A DNA stretch of 64,000 bases from the human T2T-CHM13v2.0 reference genome, Homo sapiens. The translations under genes were made by a program, and so were the position numbers. The notes under the pieces are model-generated. The model searched no databases and was not told the origin of the DNA. It was given only the letters and a program-made list of their open reading frames with translations. Where the stretch lies: the NCBI RefSeq assembly GCF_009914755.1, contig NC_060935.1; one strand, written 5' to 3'. Below, one piece after another: positions 52,501 through 64,000 of the stretch; the first letter of the stretch is position 1; each line of letters begins with the position of its first letter.

Positions 52501-53304
52501 AAGAGTAAACAGTAATTAGACAGGGGAAAGATAATGCTTTTGTTTGGTGAAAACTATACTCACACTCCAGGAAAGAGGCAGACTAACAGCTAATTGGACA
52601 ACAAGCAAGCTGTGTCTCCACAGGGTGCCCATCATAGGATTCTCAACTCTCTCCCAGATTCTATTAGGAATGGAGGAATCCTTCCATTAACACCAGAGTG
52701 TGTAACTAAGGGTGAAGAAAAGACTTCAACTTTCCACTGCAAAATCTTCTGTGACTTGGACTCCATCTCATGGAGAATACCTTTGTGTGCCATGCAAGGA
52801 GTTATAATGGGGTTGACCAAATTCTTAGTCAAACCTTATAGTCTGACATGGACAAAAATGGTATAGATAGTTATTGACGATGGAAAAGAATAAAGACATT
52901 GAGCTGGAAAAGAAAAGGCAACTTGCTGCTATTTTAACTGTTTTGTATTGTCTTCATGATATTCTGGTAGTTCAATCAAAGTTAGGTATATCTCTTTCTT
53001 TTTAAGGAATTAAGTAAAAGAATCAATAATTATGGCTGTAATCATTCAACTAAGTCTACTTATGTACACATGATTGGAAATGGCCATTCATGTTTATTAC
53101 TCTTTTCTCTCCTTGGAAAAATGTATTGGAGGAAAGAGAAGTTTCTTCTTCAATATTGTCCATTGAAGGCAAGAGGGGCGAATGCTCTCTTTCAGTCAGT
53201 GGTCTGGCAGTTCTGTTTGCCCGATATAGAAAAACGAGAAAGAGTTTTAGTGTTAGACAAATCTAAGTTTGTACCTCTCCACCATTTTTAGCAGAAGGAT
53301 CTTT

Positions 53305-53450
53305 CTCTCACTGAACTTCATCTGTAAAATGGAAATAATAATATCGAACTCATAGTGTTTCCATGAAGATTAAATTATGAATTCCATTGTCAAAGGTATG
53401 GCAGAGTGAGTAGTACACGTAGGGACATATTCAATGAATTCTCAGCTGTT
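53305..53450 (+). mobile_element. MIR
   Basis: TCATCTGTAAAATGGAAATAATAATATC...ATGAAGATTAAAT. Confidence 0.7.
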
Positions 53451-54039
53451 CTTGTTAATTAGGGGAGGTAATATGGAAGCAATTGTGCCCTGGGAAGAAT
53501 GTTTTATAGCATGTCCTTGTTTGACCATAACCTAGTGAAGCATTCTTTCTTAGCAACAAACTCCCAGAGCACTGGCTCATTTTGGTAACCTCCTTTTTTT
53601 CCACATTTTTTTTTTTTTGCCTTTTGCCTCTAGATATACAAAGGTCATTCTTATCTGTATAAACTATTTTCCTTTATATCAAAGATGCCAAAAACCTATA
53701 TTCACTTAATTTCTTTTTCAAATGTCATCTTGTTAATTTCTTCCTGAACACATTGAGGAACTGTCATTCTATTAATGCCATAATAAAATCCAAAGTTTCC
53801 TTGCCTTCGCCTTGCAGGACTTCTCTCAGGTTTTGTTTTGTTTTTTTTGTTTTTTTTTTGGCTCTGTCATTAGTACTATTATTCTCTTACTCATTTGTTG
53901 TCAATTTATCCTTTTATTCATTTACTTTCTTCTCATTTCTTCATTCATTAACTCAACAAATATGTATTCTATATACCATAACAAACCTGAGTTGACACTG
54001 GGGAGCTAGCAAGTATCCCAATAAGAGAGGAAGAATAGG

Positions 54040-54300
54040 GTAGTGTTTAAGAATGAATGCTTTCAAGTCAGAGGAAGACCTCTGTTTGAACTTTGACTCC
54101 ATTGTGTTTTAGCTGGCTGACCATGGGCAAATCACTTCAAATTCCCTAGACTTCAGTTTCTCATGTGTAAAATGGGGATAATATCAGTTCCTGTTTTCCA
54201 AGGATACTGTAAAAAGTAAACAAGACAATTAATGAACGCAAATTTCTTAGTTCACTGCCTGACATGTAATAAGAATATACGGTCAATGAGTGTTAGATTT
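54040..54300 (+). mobile_element. MIR
   Basis: TGACCATGGGCAAATCACTT...TCAGTTTCTCATGTGTAAAATGGGGATAAT. Confidence 0.75.
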
Positions 54301-54692
54301 GATGATGGTGGTGATGATGACGATTATCTTTAATTATTTGGTTCTTCATGGAGCTTAGACTTTAGTAGAGACATCACATAAGTTTCCATGGAGCTATTGA
54401 AGGTCTTTAAGTAGATTAATGACTAGGTTGTGATGACCTTTGATGCCTCCTTTTTCACATCTCCCCATCTACAACTAGACTCTACAACTAGTTGAGTTGT
54501 CCTTGATACGTCTTATAGATCAATCCTTTCTTCTCCAATACCACTGAGAATCCCCCCATTCATCTAAAATGTAATGTTTAATTGAAGCATTATCTAATTA
54601 TCAAATGTAGTTAAACTAGACTCCTTCCTAAGTGAAGGATGGTCTCCTTGGGCATCGTTCTGCATTTAAGAGGCTGAACTGTTCTATGATGG

Positions 54693-55071
54693 TGATCTAC
54701 TTTGGCTGTTTCCCCACCCAAATCTCATCTTGAATTGTAGTTTCCATAATCCCCACATGTCGTGGGGAGGAACTAGGTGGAGATAATTGAATCATGGAAG
54801 CAGTTTTTTCCATCCTGTTCTTGTGATAGTGAGTTAGTTCTCACGAGATCTGGTGGTTTTATAAGGGGCTTCCCCCTTCACTTGGCTCTTATTCTTCTCC
54901 TTCCTGCCATCACATGAAGAAGGATGTGTTTACTTCCCCTTCCACCATGACTGTAAATTTCCTAAGGCCTGCCCAGCCATGCTGAACTGTGAGTCAATTA
55001 AACCTCTTTCCTTTATAAATTACCTAGTCTCAGTTATGTCTTTATTAGCAGTGTGAGAATAAACTAAGGCA
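54693..55071 (+). mobile_element. THE1 (THE1C/D-like) solo LTR
   Basis: TG...CA ends and CCCCACCCAAATCTCATCTTGAATTGTAG. 5-bp TSD GATGG at 54688-54692 and 55072-55076. Confidence 0.9.
54784..54794 (+). promoter_or_regulatory. DUX4-type motif TAATTGAATCA in the THE1 LTR
   Basis: Matches TAAYYBAATCA; THE1 LTRs are established DUX4 targets. Confidence 0.55.
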
Positions 55072-55331
55072 GATGGCATAATCACATCTCTGACCAAGGC
55101 TATTTTCAATGGTTCAGACACTGACTTGTTGAATTCTCATATTGGTAGTCACCTCTCTGCTATTCTTTCCATCTGTTTGTAAATTTAGAGATGTCCATCT
55201 AGCTGAGATTTTATGAATATCACTAAAAGATGAATCTATTAATGAGGGAATATCCTTCAAATTTGCCTCCAACTTCTTTAAAAGGAACTCTACTACTGAG
55301 ATGGTAAATGGATTTCATCACACATGCTGTC

Positions 55332-57230
55332 TGTATCAGTTCACACTTGCTGTGTGACATAAACTTAGTGGTCATTATTTCTTGTGGGTCTACTGTCTGG
55401 CTGAAAGATTCTGCTGATCTAGGATAGGCTCAGCTCATTTTGCCATCTTGGGCATCTGCAGTCAGCTGGCAAGTTGACTAGGGATGGTTTAGTCTAGTAT
55501 AGGTTCAGCTAGAACAACTTGGCTCTCTTCTATGTGTCTTTCATTCCCTTCAGCAGGCTAGCCTGGTAGGTTCTCATGGTAGTGGCAGGAATCAAAGAGA
55601 GAAGGCAGAAATGCATGAGCAAATTTTCAAGCTTCTGCTGGTTTCAAGTTTTTCTCACTCATCCAAACAAGTCATCTGTTTAAGCCTAGAGTTAGAGTGT
55701 GACAGTAGTACCAAAGGGGAAAGATATAGCAGTTATGAAAACCTGTGTCCCCTAATTTGCTCAATCTTCCATAGTCTGCCTTCAGGGCACAATTACTAAC
55801 ATGCTTGACCACGTGAAATACATTCCTCCTTTCCCAGGACCCTCCAAAATCTCTTCAAGTTGGGGCATCCTACTTGAAGTCCAGGGCATTGTGATCTACA
55901 TCAGGTTCATTACATGCTGCTCTTAATCCAAAAAGTTATGTACTGGCAAAAAAGTATTTGCTCTAAACATACTCAACATAGAATGGCAAAACGAGGACAG
56001 AATAACCTATATAAGTATTCTCATTTAGAAAGGGGATGAATTGAAACTACATAGCAGTCACTGGTCCATGGAAACTCTGAACTCTTTCTGGGCAGATGCT
56101 TTCCATTTACCCTACTCTGGAGATGGGAAATGTTCTTTGATTCGTTCTGCTTTCTGGGAATGCTCCTCAGTCTATTGTTCTCCATGGCTCTTGGCATGTC
56201 TCTTCCACTTTTCTTGCCCACTTCAGAAGAGAATATTGGAAAATATTCCTGCTTCCTGCCTATAGAAAATTAGGGGCAGAGATGTCTCTCTACAAGTGTG
56301 AGACACCTCTATAGAGTCTCAATTCTTTTTTCCTCCAGGCTGGCAAACTGTTGCCAATGTAGCTGAATTAAAAACATTGTGAATTCCTATGAATATGGTT
56401 GGATTCTACTTCATGATATAAAAGTCACACCTTTACTATTCTTCTAAGCCCTTTTGCATAGTAGAGAAACCCTGCTAGACTTTGCCTGAATTCCTTCACG
56501 GATCTTCAAAAAGGGTCTTATAGCCATGCCTGTGATTTTGTCTTTGCCCCCAAGCTAAAATTTGTTTTGAGAGTTATATTGCTCCCTTGAGGGGCTAGAG
56601 ATAAAAACAGTTTTATGTCCCTCCCGGAAAATCATGGACTCCCTATTTTCTCTATGTTCTTCTTGTAGAATAGCTAGTCTTTAATTTAGAATATATCTTT
56701 CTTGTAGCAGTGTATCAAATACAGTCAATAAGAGCCAGTTGGCACTTTCAACATCCTGCATGGAAATCTCATTGCTTAAATCCTAAAGTTCATTAGTACA
56801 TTTAAAATTTTCTTAGTTATAACAGGTGACAGTCTTAACAGTGGTTTCACCGTTATATGAAATGGATTGCCATTTCTCCAGTCTCCTTTAACAGCTTCCT
56901 CACCATTATTCTAGCTTCTGCCAACTTTTCTGACCCAAAGCCAATGTCACATCTTTTAAGTTTTAGTTATGACAGAACCGAAGTGCAACACCAAATTCTT
57001 TATCAGTTTGCTATTGTGCATTATAAACCACTCCAAAACTTAGTGGCTTAAAATAACAACTGTATATTATTTTTCACAATTCTATGGATTTATAGAAGAT
57101 TTTGCAGATCTGAGCTATGCCAAATGCATCAGTGTTCCATGCATCCGTGGTCAGCTGGCAGATCCACTAGCACCTGGCTAATCCAAGGTTGCCTTGGTTG
57201 GGAAATTTCAGCCCTCCTCCATATATCTCT
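55332..57230 (-). mobile_element. MLT1 (G/H-like) MaLR provirus: LTR 55332-55773, internal region 55774-56998, partial LTR 56999-57230
   Basis: Two similar LTR ends (TGTATCAGTT / TTTATCAGTT..AACTTAGTGG..TTCTGCTGATCT / TTTTGCAGATCT..GTCAGCTGGCA). Internal boundaries GTCTGCCTTC and CACCAAATTC resemble MLT-int ends. Confidence 0.75.
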
Positions 57231-57455
57231 GACATTGAGTGTTTTTTTTTTTGGAAATGCTTGCATGGAATACTGTTTTTAAATGTTCAGAGGCTGTATA
57301 TAGGCTCAGCAGAAAAAGCTACTCTGTTAATTAGTGATTTTGGTCATGGGTGAGGGAGATAGAAAAGGTAGCACATATGCCATGTGCTCACTATTTCTCT
57401 CTTGTTTCCTAGGTTTTCAAGGGTAGAAATCAGAGATCTCATTTTATACACTCAG

Positions 57456-58012
57456 TGTGATAGTTAATATTGAGTGTCAACTTGATTGGATTGAAGGTTG
57501 CAAAGTATTGTTCCTGGGTGTGTCTATGGGGATGTTGTGAAAGGAGAATAACATTTGAGTCAGTGGACTGGGAGAGGCAGACCCATCCTCAATCTGGGTG
57601 GGCACCATCTAATCAGTTGCCAGCATGGCTAGAATAAAGCAGGCAGAAGAAGGCGGGTGAAGCTGACTTGCAGAGTCTTCCAGCCTTCATCTTTCTTCCA
57701 TGCTAGATGCTTCCTGCCCTTGAACGTCAGACTCCAAGTTCTTCAGCTTTTGGACCCTTGGACTTAACACCAGTGGTTTGCCAGGGGCTTTCAGGCCTTC
57801 AGCCACAGACTGAGGGCTGCACTATCAGCTTCCCTACTTTTGAGGTTTGGGGACTCAGACTGGGCCACTACTGGTTTCCTTGCTCCTCATCTTGCAGATG
57901 GCCTATTGTGGGACTTCACCTTGTGATCATGGGAGTCGATTCTCCTTAATAAACTCCCTTTCATATCTACATATATCCTATTAGTTCTTTCCCTCTAGAG
58001 AACCCTAATACA
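57456..58012 (+). mobile_element. MLT2A1/A2 (HERV-L) solo LTR inserted in an L2 tail
   Basis: TGTGATAGTTAATATTGAGTGTCAACTTGATTGGATTGAAGG...CTAGAGAACCCTAATACA; TSD CTCAG/CTCAC. Confidence 0.9.
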
Positions 58013-58414
58013 CTCACCTAGCATGATGCCTGACAAATATTAGGTGCTTAATAGATATTTTGCATAAATAATTGAATAAATAAATGGAAAAGGAAGATGC
58101 ACATATAGGGATGCAACATGGACGAAATTTTTAGCCAGATATCCTTCAACTGGTCAGATGTTTTTCTCCTCAGTTTTTAAACACACCCTATACAGCACTC
58201 GTCTTGTTACACTTTCTCAAATATTATATGGGCATACTTGCTTTTGCCCTTGTGATTTCAGCAGATGAATATGCTCTTTTCATACTTGAATGTCAAAATT
58301 TGCCTCAATTTACAGTTTTGCTTAAATCTCTCCTTTTCAGTCAACCTGAGTCAGAAGCAATCTCATTTTGTACTTGTTCGTTTTATTTTGCCTAGTACTA
58401 GAATGAATCATTTC

Positions 58415-58725
58415 TAGCTGGGTCTCTGACACCCCAGCTAGATTGAAAACTGCTAGAGGACATGGTTTACACATCATTTGTCTAAACATTCTTCACAGTG
58501 CCCAGCCCAGTTTCTTCCAAATGATGTGATTAGTTACATTTGTTGAATGAATAAATGAATGAATGCGTGAATAAATGAACCAAATTTCTACCAAACAAGG
58601 GCAGGGACTTTGTCTATCCTGTTTATCCTTAGCTGTTAGTTCAGTGCCTTGTACATGGTAGGTGCTCAATAAATATTTACTGAATAAAAAAAATGAATCA
58701 TTGAATAGCTAAATGAATTAATGAA
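58415..58725 (+). mobile_element. Two tandem L2 3' tails
   Basis: GGGCAGGGACTTTGTC...GTAGGTGCTCAATAAATATTT and (TGAA)n tails. Confidence 0.7.
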
Positions 58726-59149
58726 CAAAGTGGGGGAAAAAGCAAATGCAGACTTATTATTCCTATTTTAAGAAGTTACACTTTACATTACATTAGAAAA
58801 TAATTTCATGATTGATGTTAATGGTAATTCCTTAGAACAGCCCAGGAACTCAATTCTATTATTATCCTTGTTTTCATTCTTGCTCAAAGACCTTTTCCCA
58901 GGCAGTGAGAAAGAGAAATTGTGCACTATTCTCTCTAGGAGCTTCATTTATAAAGTGAACTATTTCAGAGTTTATAACAAGGCATATGGGCTGTTAGAGT
59001 CTTTTCAGGCCACGTAGGACTGGGCTTGTCCTTGTAGGCAGAAACGGCGAGTGCCTGTGTCCTACATCGGGTTGTCTGGTAGATCTTAAAGTCCTTCCTT
59101 TGGTCCCAAATATTTTCTATTTTCTCTCTTGCTGGGACATATTCCCTGT

Positions 59150-59690
<541 letters not shown>

Positions 59691-61134
59691 TGAAGAATGC
59701 AAAAAAAAAAGTGCTGTAAGTGCTGTGATGGATGTCTGTGTAAGATCCAGCAGAGGCAGAAAAGTGGAAGCTGTTACCCTTTGCTAGGGATCTCTGGATT
59801 TTTGTTCAGTCTTAGATGAGCATTTTCTCTTTTGCAATAACTTGTAACAATTTTAGAATCCATAGAGGGAACAATTGAAGTCCTAAAGGGACTAGGATAT
59901 CTGTGGAGGTTGACAATTTTGTTACGGCTACTCCTTTCCTAGAAAAATCCCAGGAGGGTGCCCATTGTGTGTTACATAGTTCTGAGAATATCTCCACTAA
60001 CCTTCCTGCTAGCAAAAGAATAATAAACGCTCGCTATGCTGAGCATGTACCCAGGATGAAGACAGCAGAAATGAAAGGGTTACGCAGGACAAATGTGCTT
60101 CACGAGAGCTCAAGAAAATTCTGTTTCCAAGTCAAGTAGTCAATGCAATTTAGAATAAGCAAATTTTGTCTGTTGAGTATCTTGTCTCATTGTGTACCTA
60201 AACTTGGACTTGATGGTGCAGTTTCACTTAGAGCTCTATATTTGTCTTCCCTCATTATCCCTGTGGGTGGGCCCAATGCGGGGTGGAGGAGAAAAGGTAC
60301 TCTGTGAGTACTAAATAATCCTACTAACATCACATAGCCTTGAGTCACTGGAGATGTGTTGTATAAGCCCTGTTAAGTTTGATCTCTTTTACTCCTACTG
60401 CAATTATCTGTTGGAATTTTATAGGACTGTGGACATACCGAGGGGAGGGATTTAATTGTTAAGTACTTTCAGCCTAATTGGTTCTCAATTGGAGGAGATG
60501 CCTTGGGTCTGGAAACTTGCCACATGTTAGCAGAGCATGTAGGTTCATTGCTCACCTGTGGAGTTGCCAGATACAAGAAAATGTTCTGACTTGGCATCAA
60601 TTTTGGCATTTAGTTGGCTTAACTGTCTTCAAGGCTGCTCCTAGGGCTTTTTATTTGTCAGCTGTTCCTGTGTTGGGTAGACATGGAGGCTTTTACCAAG
60701 TCTCTTAGCTACCCAGGCTAAGACCCTGACTGTGGCAATTTGCATGAGGCAGGAGGGAGTACGGCTGTGTTGGTGGTCCCCATAGAAAGCCATGACTGGG
60801 GAACTGATCAATGTCATTTTCAGCATATATTTTATTGTATCTTCTTGCATGCCCAATTAAACCAGTGAACAAGTTATTCGTGTTACTAGATATAGAGGGA
60901 ACTAAGACCTAGAGGAGAAATGGTTAAGTAGTTGTACATCTATGTGATATCTAGTGCATAATCATTACAATCATGACTTTGAATATTATTTAATAATATA
61001 AAAATTGCTTACTATGAATTATTAAGTAGTAATATCTATAGCATTTAACTTTTTGCCACAAAAGAAAAAAATCCTGAGTGGCATTTTTGTCAGGAAAAAA
61101 AGTAAAATAAATCTCATAAGTCTTTATATAAATT

Positions 61135-61380
61135 AAGTTTAAAGATTCTGGATTCAGACTGGCCTTGTTTAAAAAGCCTGGGTAACTTTCTCAAAGTCAC
61201 CTAATTGCTGCATGATTTGAAAAAGCTGATTAACCTTATTAAGACTATTTTTAAATTTATAAAATGGGAATAATGTTCATAGCACTTACTCCATAGACTT
61301 ATTTCAACTATTTAAGATGCTTATCTATCTAAAGTGCTCAATTCATTGCCTGGTACACAACAAAAGGTTGATAAATGTCA
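61135..61380 (+). mobile_element. MIR
   Basis: TTTATAAAATGGGAATAAT...AAAGTGCTCA..CATTGCCTGGTACACA. Confidence 0.6.
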
Positions 61381-61550
61381 TCATACGTGCACACATAAAT
61401 GCAAACACACACATAGGTACACACACAAACATACTTTTATATGCCTTGTTGAAACGTTTTCTGTCTTGATAATCAATTTTTCTTTCTCCTCCAGCCCTCT
61501 GCCATTAATACTAAGGAAGCAATGAGGGGAGGAAAGGTGCCATCAAGAAT

Positions 61551-62025
61551 TGCACTGTTCAATCCCATAGCCACTACCCATAGGTGGCCATCAGGCACTT
61601 GAAATATGGCCAGCCCAAACTGAGATGTGCTGTTAAGTATAAAATTCACATTGGATTTTGAAGACTGTAGAAACAATTTTTTTTTGTGGGGGCGGGGCAG
61701 GGGGCATTCTGGTTGGCTTTTACTTATGACACTACTTTTTTTTTTTTTTGTAGGATTTATATAATAATGTGGTACATTACCAAAAATTTTATTGAACAGT
61801 ATGAAAAACATAGGAAATGTCTCATTTTTTTTTTCTGCAACCTTTGCCTCTTGGGTTCAAGCAATCCTCCTGCGTCAGCCTCCGGAGTAGCTGGGGCTAC
61901 AAGCACGTGCCCAGCTAATTTTTGTATTTTTTTAGTAGAGACAGGGTTTCACCATGTTGGCCAGGCTGGTCTCGATATTCTGATAGATTAGGTTAAATAT
62001 GTTATTAAATAATAAATTAATCACA
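61551..62025. mobile_element. MER3/MER33-like hAT element carrying two internal insertions
   Basis: GCACTGTTCAAT..ATAGCCACTA.CCA.A.GTGG..GCACTTGAAAT.TGG..AACTGAGATGTGCTG. Confidence 0.7.
61825..61975 (-). mobile_element. Internal Alu fragment truncated at both ends
   Basis: Runs from CTGCAACC to GGTCTCGA and includes the mid A-rich linker. Confidence 0.85.
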
Positions 62026-62139
62026 ATTTGTGGGGAAAGGCAAAGACACAGACCCTCTATGACAACATTGAATGGAATATTCTTCCCAAAGTAATTATGT
62101 TTGAAGCCACTCTGGTACTTCTCTTCTGTTTCTTACTCC

Positions 62140-62600
62140 TGAATTTTCAGTTGTACCTTCCTGATGTTTCTGTTTGGATTCTACTGTCACCTTAAACTCA
62201 TCATATCCTAAAATGTATTTTTATTTTCTTCACCACTGTATTCTATTTCTGATTTTCCTATTTCAGTTCTATTCTCAATGTCCTTACGACCTCACTTCAA
62301 TTTCCTGAACGACAACAATAGATTTTCATCTGGGGCCTCTCCCATCACTTCATTCCATTTGCATTCATTTTGCCCACCAAATCCAAACTAATCTTGCTAA
62401 AACATCACTTATTTAAAAAAAAAGTGGAAAACCTTCAATGGCATTCATTTTTCCATAAGATAAAACCCATGCCATTTAGCTTGGTACTTGGGGCCCTTCC
62501 AATCAACCCAGATTATCATTCTGGTCTTCTCTCTAATTTCTTGGTCTAGGTTTTCATTCTAGAAAATACTAATTACTCTCTAGCCTTCAAACATAGCTTA
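62140..62600 (+). mobile_element. L2 remnant
   Basis: CACCTTAAACTCA.CAT.TCC.AAA; AAAACCTTCAATGGC...AGATAAAACCCA. Confidence 0.55.
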
Positions 62601-63619
62601 TGGAGTTGACAGAAATGTTCCAAGATGCTTTTTACACTGGAAAAGAAGTAGATTGTGCAGGTTGAGTGTAGGAAGAAGAGATTTAAATTGTGGACATACG
62701 GAAGTTGATATGCCTTTTAGATAAGTTAAAATTTTCTTTTCAACTAACTTACCTGAGGAAGACAAGAGGCTCTTGTTATAATGGGTTTGAGAAAGGGGAA
62801 GAGGTATAGAAAAAGAAGACTGGAGAATCACTGGACAGTTCCTCAAGTTACAAGCTTCTGATTGCATTCCAAAATGCACTGACTATAGAAAGATGATGTT
62901 TCAGATTTATAGTTATTTGGGAATTTGCTCTGGGCTATTTTCCCAGGAAGGAAGGAGGCTTTAATGTCTACCTTCAAAGGGCATATTTCCTGAAGGGTGA
63001 TGGAGATAAATGGAATTGCCTATGACCTCAAATTGAATTATTTCTGAGGCCTTGCACTTGTGAAACTCTTTATGGTTTCGAAACAGTTTTTTTTTTTCCT
63101 GATCATTAGCTCATGGCATTATCTCAAGACCATGAGTGGCATATGATAGACAATATTATTGCCATTTTGGAGAACACGTATACACAGAATTTAGCCAACT
63201 TTTTCAGTAACACAAAGCTACATTTTGATATTACCTTCCAATGCTGATTTCAGTGTTATTTATATTGCTTTACATTGCAAAATGCAAAAATCACTCCTTG
63301 CCTGAACTGTTCAGTCTTGACCTGTGAAGTAGATGTTTCCTGGTTTATCTTTAAGAATTAGCTTTTCACTTGCAGAGGTGAGTTTCCCCTGGGAAATCCA
63401 TGGCAAATTTTTCATTATGTACACTATTCAAATATTATTTACGTTGGTTTTCGGTTGAGGGAAAAAATAATATCCTGCTAATTCTTACCTTTACAATTCA
63501 AAGAAGTTTGACATATGCAGTAATCCAACCTCCATTTCTAAATGTTTATTTTTTATTATAAAAGTAATGAATGTTCATTATAGTAATATTGGAGAATGCA
63601 GAAATATGAAAAATGAATT

Positions 63620-63820
63620 TATTTTTATTTTTATTGAACTATAATTTGCATACAGTGAAATGCACTGATCTTAAGTGTAAAGTTTGATAAGTTTCTAAAA
63701 GTGTTCACAACTGTGTTACCCATACACTAGTCAAGATATAGAACATTGCCATCACCCTGACATCACTTTTCTGTCTCCATCTGCCTTTCTCACTCTAGGC
63801 AACCTCTGTTCTTATTTTTA
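63620..63820 (-). mobile_element. Old L1M (L1MB/MC/ME) 3' end
   Basis: TTTATTGAA.TATAATTT.CATACAGTGAAATGCAC...TCAAGATATAGAACATT.CCATCACCC. Confidence 0.7.
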
Positions 63821-64000
63821 TTAGGAAAGTGGGATTAAAAGAAGTACTGAAGTCCCACCATGTAACAATCAATCACTGCTTAACCTAGCAGCATCTTTTG
63901 ACATCACTGATCATTCCCTTTGTGATTCCATACCTTGGCTTGGCTTCTGAGGCATAGCCGCCTCTCGTTATTCTGCTCACCCTCCTGGCTGCTACTTCTG

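Noticed and set aside
49985-52519. Many overlapping Pro/Gly/Arg-rich ORFs up to 218 aa
   Set aside because: They arise from the stop-poor, GC-rich SVA VNTR and hexamers on both strands; they are not genes.

Overview
AT-rich, repeat-dominated primate genomic DNA. It is very likely human, because it carries a full-length SVA with SVA_E-like diagnostics at 50012-52500. I recognise no host protein-coding gene, rRNA, tRNA or CRISPR. Every recognisable long ORF is a LINE-1 ORF1/ORF2 remnant, an Alu/SVA-derived frame, or the antisense shadow of one; the rest look like chance ORFs. Bases 1-20 kb, 26.5-33.7 kb and 39-48.7 kb are mostly nested L1s of several ages. Many retain readable target-site duplications (TSDs), and 4-5 show twin-priming 5' inversions, including a 97-bp mini-L1. 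The 53-64 kb region holds MIR/L2 remnants, THE1 and MLT2A solo LTRs, an MLT1 LTR-int-LTR provirus and hAT remnants. The most interesting items are: composite L1-in-L1 insertions lacking inner TSDs, the young SVA, a hypothetical DUX4-inducible THE1-to-MLT2A spliced transcript, a few strong orphan exon candidates and two template-switch hairpin mutations. I found no convincing new biological system. Subfamily labels come from recalled consensus features and need RepeatMasker/Dfam confirmation.
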